Of a DNA stretch of 64,000 nt, positions 47,019 through 59,100 are shown piece by piece (the stretch's first letter is position 1; every line of letters starts with the position of its first letter). The translations under genes and the position numbers were made by a program. Origin of the DNA: Botryllus schlosseri (Eukaryota); assembly GCA_051294905.1 (NCBI GenBank), contig CM119371.1, positions 18,850,001 through 18,914,000 of the forward strand, in the 5' to 3' direction. The notes beneath the pieces are model-generated. The model did not search any database and was not told where the DNA came from. It was given only the letters and a program-made list of their open reading frames with translations.

Positions 47019-50000
47019 AATTGTAGTCGGCCTAACGCATTTTCATTATATCGCAATCGTCTTAGAGAAACGGACAATGTCACATAAAACGGCAGAAACT
47101 GTCTCGATCTGTCGCCTACGACCATACCACGTTGAATATACCCGATCTCGTCCGATCTCGGAAGTCAAGTAACGTTGGGCCCGGTTAGTACTTGCATGGG
47201 TGACCGGCTGGGAATACCGGGTGTAGGTAGGCGGCTTTTGCATTTTTTGTGCGCAAACTCGATCGTTTTGATTGCAACTGTTTTGTATGCGCACGTAGGC
47301 ATACGTACAACTATGATTGTCATCATTTGCTGGCCGCCGCTTATTTAGATTGGTAGTTATACTAGGCCTGACACATTGTCATTATATCGAAATCTCGTGC
47401 TGTTTTCACATGACGAAAAGTGCAATAAAATAACTACTCTGACAGCGAGAGCTTACTTGTGTGTTTGTCGACAAGATACAAGAACAGAGCAGGATGCCAA
47501 CGATATTCGACCACTGGCAGATGGGTCGAAAATGCCCCGGCGCAATCAGACAATGTGCTTTTCTGGCGTCTCGTCGACAGCATGGCGACGGAAATTGTCA
47601 CATAAAACGGCACAGATCGTAACCGCTGTCGCCTACGACCATACCACGTTGAATACACCCGATCTCGTCCGATCTCGGAAGTCAAGCAATATTGGGCCCG
47701 GTTAGTACTTGCATGGGTGACCGGCTGGGAATACCGGGTGTAGGTAGGCGGCTTTTGCACTTTTGTCGCACAAACTCGATCAATTCGATTGCTGTGCACT
47801 ATTCTCATATGAACTATCCCGCGGAATTTGTAATTGTAGTCGGCCTAACGCATTTTAATTATATCGCAATCGCCTTATGCTTAGAGAAACGGACAATGTC
47901 ACATAAAACGGCAGAAACTGTCACAATCTGTCGCCTACGACCATACCACGTTGAATATACCCGATCTCGTCCGATCTCGGATGTCAAGCAACGTTGGGCC
48001 CGGTTAGTACTTGCATGGGTGACCGGCTGGGAATACCGGGTGTAGGTAGGCGGCTTTTGGACTTTTTTCGCACAAACTCGATCAATTTGATTGCACGTAC
48101 ATCTATGAATGTCATCATTTGCTGGCCGCCGCTTCTTTCAGCTATGAACTCGCGCTCAATTTGTAGTTGTACGGGGCCGTTTTCAATATATCGCCATCTC
48201 GTGCCGTTTTGGCATGACGAGAATTGCAATAAAATAAACTCTGACACGGAGAGCTTAAGTTTTATGTGTGTTTTTTTACCAGTTCGTCCGAAAGTGCCTC
48301 AGAGCAATCAGACAATCTGCTTTTCAGGCGTCTCGTTGACAGCGTGGCGACGGAAATTGTCACATAAAACGGCACAGATCGTAACCGCTGTCGCCTACGA
48401 CCATACCACGTTGAATACACCCGATCTCGTCCGATCTCGGAAGTCAAGCAACGTTGGGCCCGGTTAGTACTTGCATGGGTGACCGGCAGGGAATACCGGG
48501 TGTAGTATTAGGCTGCTTTTGCATTTTTGTCGTACAAACTCGATCAATTCGATTGCTGTGCACTATTCTCATATGAACTATCGCGCGAAATTTGTAATTG
48601 TAGTCGGCCTAACGCATTTTCATTATATCGCAAACGCCGTAGAGAAACGGACAATGTCACATAAAACGGCAGAAACTGTCACAATCTGTCGCCTACGACC
48701 ATACCACGTTGAATATACCCGATCTCGTCCGATCTCGGAAGTCAAGCAACGTTGGGCCCGGTTAGTACTTGCATGGGTGACCGGCTGGAAATACCGGGTG
48801 TAGTAGGCGGCTTTTTCATTTTTTTCGCACAAACTCGATCAATTTGATCGCTGCGCTGTATTCACGTATGAAGTATCGCGCGAAATTTGTAATTGTAGTC
48901 GGCCTAACGCATTTTCATTATATCGCAATCGTCTTAGAGAAACGGACAATGTCACATAAAACGGCAGAAACTGTCTCGATCTGTCGCCTACGACCATACC
49001 ACGTTGAATATACCCGATCTCGTCCGATCTCGGAAGTCAAGTAACGTTGGGCCCGGTTAGTACTTGCATGGGTGACCGGCTGGGAATACCGGGTGTAGTA
49101 GGCGGCTTTTTCATTTTTTTCGCACAAACTCGATCAATTTGATCGCTGCGCTGTATTCAAGTATGAAGTATCGCGCGAAATTTGTAATTGTAGTCGGCCT
49201 AACGCATTTTCATTATATCGCAATCGTCTTAGAGAAACGGACAATGTCACATAAAACGGCAGAAACTGTCTCGATCTGTCGCCTACGACCATACCACGTT
49301 GAATATACCCGATCTCGTCCGATCTCGGAAGTCAAGTAACGTTGGGCCCGGTTAGTACTTGCATGGGTGACCGGCTGGGAATACCGGGTGTAGGTAGGCG
49401 GCTTTTGCATTTTTTGTGCGCAAACTCGATCGTTTTGATTGCAACTGTTTTGTATGCGCACGTAGGCATACGTACAACTATGATTGTCATCATTTGCTGG
49501 CCGCCGCTTATTTAGATTGGTAGTTATACTAGGCCTGACACATTGTCATTATATCGAAATCTCGTGCTGTTTTCACATGACGAAAAGTGCAATAAAATAA
49601 CTACTCTGACAGCGAGAGCTTACTTGTGTGTTTGTCGACAAGATACAAGAACAGAGCAGGATGCCAACGATATTCGACCACTGGCAGATGGGTCGAAAAT
49701 GCCCCGGCGCAATCAGACAATGTGCTTTTCTGGCGTCTCGTCGTTAGCATGGCGACGGAAATTGTCACATAAAACGGCACAGATCGTAACCGCTGTCGCC
49801 TACGACCATACCACGTTGAATACACCCGATCTCGTCCGATCTCGGAAGTCAAGCAATGTTGGGCCCGGTTAGTACTTGCATGGGTGACCGGCTGGGAATA
49901 CCGGGTGTAGGTAGGCGGCTTTTGCACTTTTGTCGCACAAACTCGATCAATTCAATTGCTGTGCACTATTCTCATATGAACTATCCCGCGGAATTTGTAA

Positions 50001-50329
50001 TTGTAGTCGGCCTAACGCATTTTAATTATATCGCAATCGCCTTATGCTTAGAGAAACGGACAATGTCACATAAAACGGCAGAAACTGTCACAATCTGTCG
50101 CCTACGACCATACCACGTTGAATATACCCGATCTCGTCCGATCTCGGATGTCAAGCAACGTTGGGCCCGGTTAGTACTTGCATGGGTGACCGGCTGGGAA
50201 TACCGGGTGTAGGTAGGCGGCTTTTGGACTTTTTTCGCACAAACTCGATCAATTTGATTGCACGTACATCTATGAATGTCATCATTTGCTGGCCGCCGCT
50301 TCTTTCAGCTATGAACTCGCGCTCAATTT
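47019..50329 (+). rRNA. 5S rDNA array block (9 genes: 47114, 47631, 47933, 48393, 48691, 48986, 49281, 49798, 50100)
   Basis: 5S cores; 2167-bp periodicity (47376 vs 49543). Confidence 0.95.
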
Positions 50330-50486
50330 CCCAGCAAACACAAAACCGTAAAAGGATCATCCGGGATCATCTCGATTAGGTTCTGATTTTCTAAGTGTCG
50401 AGGGAATGTCTAAAATACGTAGTAGGATGGTCTTGTGGTTATATTCAATCAGAATAAATTCATACTCGGTGTTGTTCCATCTCATG

Positions 50487-50814
50487 CATTAGGCTTCGTT
50501 ATATCCGGTAGTTAACCTAATAATGCAAATTTTCTATCTCTCGCGGGTACGACTAAAATACGTAGAAAGGATGACTTTGTCGGTACATTCAATCACGATG
50601 AATTCTATCCGGTTTTGTTCGATCTCATGCGGTAGCTTCGTTCTATCCATTAGGCTTCGTTATATCCGGTAGTTAACCTAATAATGCAAATTTTCTATCT
50701 CTCGCGGGTACGACTAAAATACGTAGAAAGGATGACTTTGTCGGTACATTCAATCACGATGAATTCTATCCGGTTTTGTTCGATCTCATGCGGTAGCTTC
50801 GTTCTATCCATTAG
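50487..50814. repeat. 161-bp tandem duplication, subterminal in the 5.8-kb element
   Basis: CATTAGGCTTCGTTATATCC at 50487 and 50648. Confidence 0.9.
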
Positions 50815-51989
50815 AAAACAATGTTCTCCCTTCGTTTTATTGCGTGAGGATGTCACCGGTGTTGTATATTCGTGTTGTTGCTCTAAAGTCGAATAGTTTT
50901 GTTTTCCTCTGATATATATGATCTTCATTATATATATATTCGCTCTTTCGGTAATCTCGCATGTTCAACGAGTATGGTTAATAGTTTTATTCAGAGAATA
51001 ACTAAATAAGTGATATGTTGTACGTTTAGGAATATGATTATCGATGCGTGACTTCTAGAATATTTCGGCGATTCAAATTTTACGTCATCGCGCCATACAA
51101 AGATTTGAAGCGCAACAGGTCGCAGCCAGGCATAGTTCGCTCTTTCTGTATGGTAAATGCCGTAAATATATAGGAATTGTGACTGACTGAGGTAGCGGGT
51201 TAAAGGTATATATGCAGTAGCATATAGCTTATGGGGTATTTCGAATTGCCTGTAGTATATGACGCCTAGAGCTGTTTGACTTTCTGCAAAACAGGTGTAG
51301 ACAACTATAGAAAAGTTTCAGCTTTTCCAGGTTAGAATTAGAGCTAAACCGTTTTTCCGAATTAGATTACAATTATATTGCTGGCATTTCGCTCTAATTT
51401 AGTGAAATTAGACCACTATAATTCGCTTCAAACATCTGAATTACCGGTACCTATACCTACGGTATATCATAATATTTATGCTTGAATTTCCTAGGTATAT
51501 AAGTCATATAGATACATTCCTGTAGAACACTGATTCATGATTTTATAAAAGTTGGTGCAAGAATGGAAATTTTCAACTTGATGTTGATTAATGGAGCAAA
51601 ATTTGATATTTGAGTGCAATTATACCTCGAATCCAGTGACAAGATTATTAATCGTTGAAACCAAACGCAGCTTGATTATGTTGGCCAGAGAATTTGGCTA
51701 GCCAGACCATATTGATGGAATATGGTCACAGTAAGATAATATTTTGGGCTATTTTACATGAACTTTCCAACATTTGATTTGATATGTCCACTAAAACAGT
51801 TGTTATTCTGCTTTCGAATAAGACCTTAATTGCTGGTTTCAATGGTAACTGTGTTTGTCAAAGGCTGCAAAGGTAATTTCTTTTCCTTGTTAGATGTTTA
51901 TTTGTTTGTTTGTGGTGTTCATGGTGGTGGTTCGACTACACTGGTCATTTTACACCAGGCCGGTTCTTATTATTATTCCGTATCTGCCC

Positions 51990-52879
51990 GATTACCAGTG
52001 AACTCGGCACTTGGTGAATTTGGCCGCACAAACTCGGCACTTGGTGAATTCGGCCGTGGTAGATCTCGTAGCGGTACCGGTCACCATGATTGGTTACTGG
52101 AATGTTTGCCGGTGAACTTGGCACTTTGAGTGGTTGTCAATGTTGTACGGCGGTCAGGGCATACGTAGATCACACAGTCACGGCGTGATTAGATCACAGA
52201 TTGCGTAATTGCGGGAAATAACGCGACGCTCTTCACTTGGTGAACTCGGCCCTTGGAGGAATTGGCACTAGAAGACCTTCGCATTAGAAATGCATTTAGT
52301 ATGAATGAACAGTATCAAAAAGGAAATTTAAACGTGTCGTGGCTCGTGGTAGATCTCGTAATCTTGGGATCCTTCAACCGTGTTATCGAGACACCCTAAT
52401 CCCAGAGTGGGATCGTCTCTCCAAAGGCAAAAAATAATTTATTTTGACGTGATCATGCGAAACATTTGTTGATGAGGAACACTGGCTTGTCGTGATCGAT
52501 AAACGAAGAAGCGCCGCTTGATGTTCCACAGTTTTGATCTCACATACAACGCCAAGATCCATCTTCTCAAAACTTACACGACACAGGCCCGTGACTCACG
52601 CCATCGATTCCAAGCAGACCGCGCGTGGTCGGTATATGAGCGCTGTGTTATTTCCCGTGGCTACGCAATCCGTGATCTAATCACGCCGTGACTGCGCGAT
52701 CTACGGATGCCCTGACCTCCTTACAAGATTGACGAATCACTTGATAATACTATTATTAGTTTGATAATTCATATTAATAGCTGTAAATACACTTCATTTC
52801 AAAATTTCCCGAGGGCCGAATTCACCAAGTGCCGAGTTTGTGCGGCCGAATTCACCAAGTGCCGGGTGCATCGGCAACC
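51990..52879. mobile_element. Nested MITE with imperfect TIRs and 8-bp TSD
   Basis: ATCTGCCC at 51982-51989 and 52880-52887; CTCGGCACTTGGTGAATT repeats mirrored at both ends. Confidence 0.75.
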
Positions 52880-53501
52880 ATCTGCCCACTTACAGCACGG
52901 CCCACTCCTAGGCTTTTTAAGACATGGCTATGCGAATCAGATGGCGAGGAGGAGCCTAGATAAACGGTCAACACTTCGGTAGGAATTATGGAGTCGACGT
53001 GTCACGCTCGAACCCGCAATTCATTGGTGTTTAGCTATAATGGGACGTACCACTACGTTTCCTCGCCATACCTTGTAAAATGAGACCGTAGCATTTGGCA
53101 TTTCGTGTGGCAATTGACTTTTGTGTGGAAAATTGTGTTCGTTTTAGAACTTATCCGAAACTTTTATTCCGCCATAGTTTGTATATGATAAAACAATATC
53201 GGAATTGATCCTAGAAGAATTCCAAAGCAACTCACCACAAAGGAGGATTTAAAGAAGTTTGATGGAAAATTGAATGAAAGCAAAAGCCTTTGCAAGAGAT
53301 GTGGTATGTTGAATCTGTTTTGGTATTTTTAAATAGGCCTACTTTGTTGTGCCGATAGCAGACAGTATATATAAACGTAAGATGTGGAAGCTATCAAGGT
53401 GTTTTTAGAAATTCAGTCAGTCAAAGTGGACGATCGTATTGCTTGGATTATATTTAGGCTTATTTTAGCATCTTTGAGATGCAACTCTAAACGTGGACGG
53501 T

Positions 53502-54176
53502 CATGAACAGTAGGGCTCTTCAAAAATGACTTTTTTTCTCAAATCGTACTGGCTACTTGATAAAATTGTTAGGTTACCTAATTTAAGCCTACAAACAAAA
53601 TATGGTTCAAATCCAGCCAGTATCTGCTTTGCTACAAGAGAAGAAAGTTCCTATTTATTATATAAAAATGAAAATTTGAAGATTTTCTGTTAACCCCATG
53701 AAAGTGTTAGGCTGTCTATAGAAACGATGCTCACCAAATTTGGTTCAATTCCAACCAGTGGAAGCGGAGTTATTGCTGTCGAAAAATTTGGATTTTAATA
53801 AGATAGTACTTACGGTGAGCACAACTTTAATAAGTAAACAAAGAATCGGTCACCGTAAATACTATTTTATTCAAATCCAAATTTTCGACGGCAATATCTC
53901 CGCTTCCACTGGTTGGAATTGAACCAAATTTGGTGAGCATCGTTTCTATAGACAGCCTAACACTTTCATGGGGTGAACAGAAAATTTTCAAATTTTTATT
54001 ACCTATTTATTTTTATATAATAAATAGAAACTTTCTTCTCCTGTAGCAAAGCGGTTACTGGCTGGAATTGAACCAAATTTTGTGTTTAGGCTTAAATTAG
54101 GTAACCTAACAATATTATCAAGTAGCCAGAACGATTTGAGAAAAAAAGTCATATTTTAAGAGCCCTAATGTCCATG
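53502..54176. mobile_element. Nested foldback/palindromic element with arms of about 315 bp
   Basis: 53502-53818 is the near reverse complement of 53850-54176. Confidence 0.75.
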
Positions 54177-56138
54177 TGAGAGAAACGTTTTAGGGTAGGC
54201 CTACTCATATGTCTCGCAGCGTTCTCTACATAATTGTCAATTGCGATACAAACTGTTTGCTTGTATTGGTGAAGCCATCCAACTTCGAATTGTAAAATGT
54301 TGGGAGTCTTGATATCAAATTTTTGAAAGGTGCACTTTGAGAAGATTTCCGATCTGTCAAATTATACAAAAATTTAGCAAATTCTTTGACATATTTCATC
54401 TATTTGGGACTCGATCAACGTAAAAGAATTGGTAATCATTTTATACAATGTATTGTATTTGTAGTTGAAGTATAGTAATAATTCTTATGGTTACCGCACT
54501 TGTAACGATTCACGGCCATAACTGGAATAATTAGAATGATGTAACTTTCAAATTGTCATGCATTTTGCAACCACATTGTTCTCAATTTTCAAGGTGCTGA
54601 CCATTCGAGGAAGAATCACCCACCGGGAATTCACGATCCGTAAACGCGGCCGACTGTTTCTCTCCTCAAGCGGAAGCGACAGAGAAGAGGAACGAAGAGA
54701 AAAAAGGAGCAGAAATAGCAAGAGTGTGACAAGTCGCGTCCGTTCGCTTTAATGCGTATTTCCATCCGCGAAGTAGTAGGTGGGAAAACTAATGGGCGTT
54801 TGGTTAGGGCTTATATAAGGTTGACTCCAGCGCTGTATTTGCTTAATGTTGCTATGAAATAGGGGTGGTGTCATTTGGTATCAATATTGACTATTGAAAG
54901 ACCATTTGTTAGTGGTCATGGATTTGTTCGGCCAGTATGCAGTAATTTCTGATGGTCACTTCCCGGGCTTCTGTTCTCTAACCCCTCATGATTGTTATTC
55001 TGCTTCTAGTAAGACTGTCGATTCTAATGTTTTATCGTATCATTTGTCGGAGGTTTCGCTCGCTTTATTTACAACGTTTTGCTCTCTGCTAGGTCAATTA
55101 CTGGCTGAGTATCACTACAGCCTAAGAAACTGCACTAATTCTCATTTTAATGTCTTGCTGGTTATCTTGCTGTCAATTCTAATAATTTATTAATGTCTAT
55201 ACCAGTGCCGCCACTCAAATGTTTTGTTCTCTGTACACAATATTGTTAGGTCTTCAGCTTTCCAGGCAGAGTATCATTCCACTTTCTAGACTTGAGTATA
55301 TATCTCTCCAACTAGCTGCCAAATAACTGATTCATTTGGATTGTTGAATTGATCATTTTGGACAGAATGTGAAGAAATTTTAGTCAAGAATTCTTTTTGT
55401 GTTAGTGGCTGTTTTCAAAGAGTGCTGAAGTAGTCATCGTTGATCTTGATAATCAAGTAGAAGTGACGATTGAAGTCAGTTCTCTAGTCATATAATATTA
55501 AAAAATATAATAATAAAACTTGAAAACTTAGTGGAAATAGTTCAGAATCGAATCCATTTTAGTAAGTATGGGCGAAAAAAATGTAGGAGTCATTCGTTAG
55601 TCGCTACCTCTGCCATTTTCGCAGTACGAATGTCTTAGCTATTAATCATCATTTTCATTTTATTTCTGCAGTGTGTTGAGAAAAAAGGCCGCATGCTGGT
55701 TATTTGACTGGCTCATCAGAAGATGAAACCTGATGATAAGGACTGTTTTCACTTTCTTTCTAAAGACATTCGTTCGTTTGTTCGTTTTATTTTTTACAAC
55801 GGCATTATTGCCAATTCGTTTGAAATTAAATTATCACAAATGTGATTAATATGTAGTAAATAATGTGGTGTGTGTACGCAGCCGTGATCAGGTTAAGCCC
55901 ATAGTGGTAGAAAACAGGTTATTATATCAGGATCTTCTTCTTCTAACGTAGGATCTACATTCTACTCACCATGTTTAAAGGCTGTAGCATCTGCATAATA
56001 TTTACATTATTGAAGGACATGGAAAAGACGTTGAATTGAGTCGACACAAAATCCCCCTTTCTACGACCTGCCGAGATCTAATATCTACTATATCGGCTCG
56101 GCTTTTCTACATCTTTGGTCTGTACTGTGTTTGCTGGG

Positions 56139-59100
56139 TTGTAGTTGTACGGGGCCGTTTTCAATATATCGCCATCTCGTGTCGTTTTGGCATGACGAGA
56201 ATTGCAATAAAATAAACTCTGACACGGAGAGCTTAAGTTTTATGTGTGTTTTTTGACCAGTTCGTCCGAAAGTGCCTCAGAGCAATCAGACAATCTGCTT
56301 TTCAGGCGTCTCGTTGACAGCGTGGCGACGGAAATTGTCACATAAAACGGCACAGATCGTAACCGCTGTCGCCTACGACCATACCACGTTGAATACACCC
56401 GATCTCGTCCGATCTCGGAAGTCAAGCAACGTTGGGCCCGGTTAGTACTTGCATGGGTGACCGGCAGGGAATACCGGGTGTAGTATTAGGCTGCTTTTGC
56501 ATTTTTGTCGTACAAACTCGATCAATTCGATTGCTGTGCACTATTCTCATATGAACTATCGCGCGAAATTTGTAATTGTAGTCGGCCTAACGCATTTTCA
56601 TTATATCGCAAACGCCGTAGAGAAACGGACAATGTCACATAAAACGGCAGAAACTGTCACAATCTGTCGCCTACGACCATACCACGTTGAATATACCCGA
56701 TCTCGTCCGATCTCGGAAGTCAAGCAACGTTGGGCCCGGTTAGTACTTGCATGGGTGACCGGCTGGAAATACCGGGTGTAGTAGGCGGCTTTTTCATTTT
56801 TTTCGCACAAACTCGATCAATTTGATCGCTGCGCTGTATTCACGTATGAAGTATCGCGCGAAATTTGTAATTGTAGTCGGCCTAACGCATTTTCATTATA
56901 TCGCAATCGTCTTAGAGAAACGGACAATGTCACATAAAACGGCAGAAACTGTCTCGATCTGTCGCCTACGACCATACCACGTTGAATATACCCGATCTCG
57001 TCCGATCTCGGAAGTCAAGTAACGTTGGGCCCGGTTAGTACTTGCATGGGTGACCGGCTGGAAATACCGGGTGTAGTAGGCGGCTTTTTCATTTTTTTCG
57101 CACAAACTCGATCAATTTGATCGCTGCGCTGTATTCACGTATGAAGTATCGCGCGAAATTTGTAATTGTAGTCGGCCTAACGCATTTTCATTATATCGCA
57201 ATCGTCTTAGAGAAACGGACAATGTCACATAAAACGGCAGAAACTGTCACGATCTGTCGCCTACGACCATACCACGTTGAATATACCCGATCTCGGAAGT
57301 CAAGTAACGTTGGGCCAGGTTAGTACTTGCATGGGTGACCGGCTGGGAATACCGGGTGTAGTAGGCGGCTTTTTCATTTTTTTCGCACAAACTCGGTCAA
57401 TTTGATCGCTGCGCTGTATTCACGTATGAAGTATCGCGCGAAATTTGTAATTGTAGTCGGCCTAACGCATTTTCATTATATCGCAATCGTCTTAAAGAAA
57501 CGGACAATGTCACATAAAACGGCAGAAACTGACAGGATCTGTCGCCTACGACCATACTACGTTGAATATACCCGATCTCGGAAGTCAAGTAACGTTGGGC
57601 CCGGTTAGTACTTGCATGGGTGACCGGCTGGGAATACCGGGTGTAGTATGCGGCATTTTCATTTTTTTCGCACAAACTCGATCAATTTGATCACTGCGCT
57701 GTATTCACGTATGAAGTATCGCGCGAAATTTGTAATTGTAGTCGGCCTAACACATTTTCATGATATCGCAATCTCGTGCTGTTTTGACATGACGAAAATT
57801 CCAATAAAATAACTACTCTGACAGCGAGAGCTTACTTGTCTGTTTTTCGACCAGACACAAGAACAGAGCAGGACGCCAATGATATTCGACCTCTAATTGG
57901 TCAGAAAGTGCCTCGGCGCAATAAGACTATCTACTATTCTGGCGTCTCGTCGACAGCATGGCGACGGAAATTGTCACATAAAACGGCACAAATCGTAACC
58001 ACTGTCGCCTACGACCATACCACGTTGAATATACCCGATCTCGTCCGATCTCGGATGTCAAGCAACGTTGGGCCCGGTTAGTACTTGCATGGGTGACCGG
58101 CTGGGAATACTGGGTGTAGATAGGCGGCTTTTGGACTTTTTTCGCATAAACTCGATCAATTTGATTGCACGTACATCTATGAATGTCATCATTTGCTGGC
58201 CGCCGCTTCTTTCAGCTATGAACTCGCGCTCAATTTGTAGTTGTACGGGGCCGTTTTCAATATATCGCCATCTCGTGCCGTTTTGGCATGACGAGAATTG
58301 CAATAAAATAAACTCTGACACGGAGAGCTTAAGTTTTATGTGTGTTTTTTGACCAGTTCGTCCGAAAGTGCCTCAGAGCAATCAGACAATCTGCTTTTCA
58401 GGCGTCTTGTTGACAGCGTGGCGACGGAAATTGTCACATAAAACGGCACAGATCGTAATCGCTGTCGCCTACGACCATACCACGTTGAATACCCCCGATC
58501 TCGTCCGATCTCGGAAGTCAAGCAACGTTGGGCCCGGTTAGTACTTGCATGGGTGACCGGCAGGGAATACCGGGTGTAGTATTAGGCTGCTTTTGCATTT
58601 TTGTCGTACAAACTCGATCAATTCGATTGCTGTGCACTATTCTCATATGAACTATCGCGCGAAATTTGTAATTGTAGTCGGCCTAACGCATTTTCATTAT
58701 ATCGCAAACGCCGTAGAGAAACGGACAATGTCACATAAAACGGCAGAAACTGTCACAATCTGTCGCCTACGACCATACCACGTTGAATATACCCGATCTC
58801 GTCCGATCTCGGAAGTCAAGCAACGTTGGGCCCGGTTAGTACTTGCATGGGTGACCGGCTGGAAATACCGGGTGTAGTAGGCGGCTTTTTCATTTTTTTC
58901 GCACAAACTCGATCAATTTGATCGCTGCGCTGTATTCACGTATGAAGTATCGCGCGAAATTTGTAATTGTAGTCGGCCTAACGCATTTTCATTATATCGC
59001 AATCGTCTTAGAGAAACGGACAATGTCACATAAAACGGCAGAAACTGTCTCGATCTGTCGCCTACGACCATACCACGTTGAATATACCCGATCTCGGAAG

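Larger units (their letters stand above)
50330..56138. mobile_element. 5.8-kb non-autonomous DNA transposon, EnSpm/CMC-like, in 5S spacer
   Basis: 13-bp TIR CCCAGCAAACACA/TGTGTTTGCTGGG; the empty spacer CAATTTGTAG is split with a 2-bp TT duplication; no transposase ORF visible. Confidence 0.82.

Noticed and set aside
50684..55193. Short ORFs in the 5.8-kb insertion as transposase or host genes
   Set aside because: All are under 100 aa with no recognisable domain motifs
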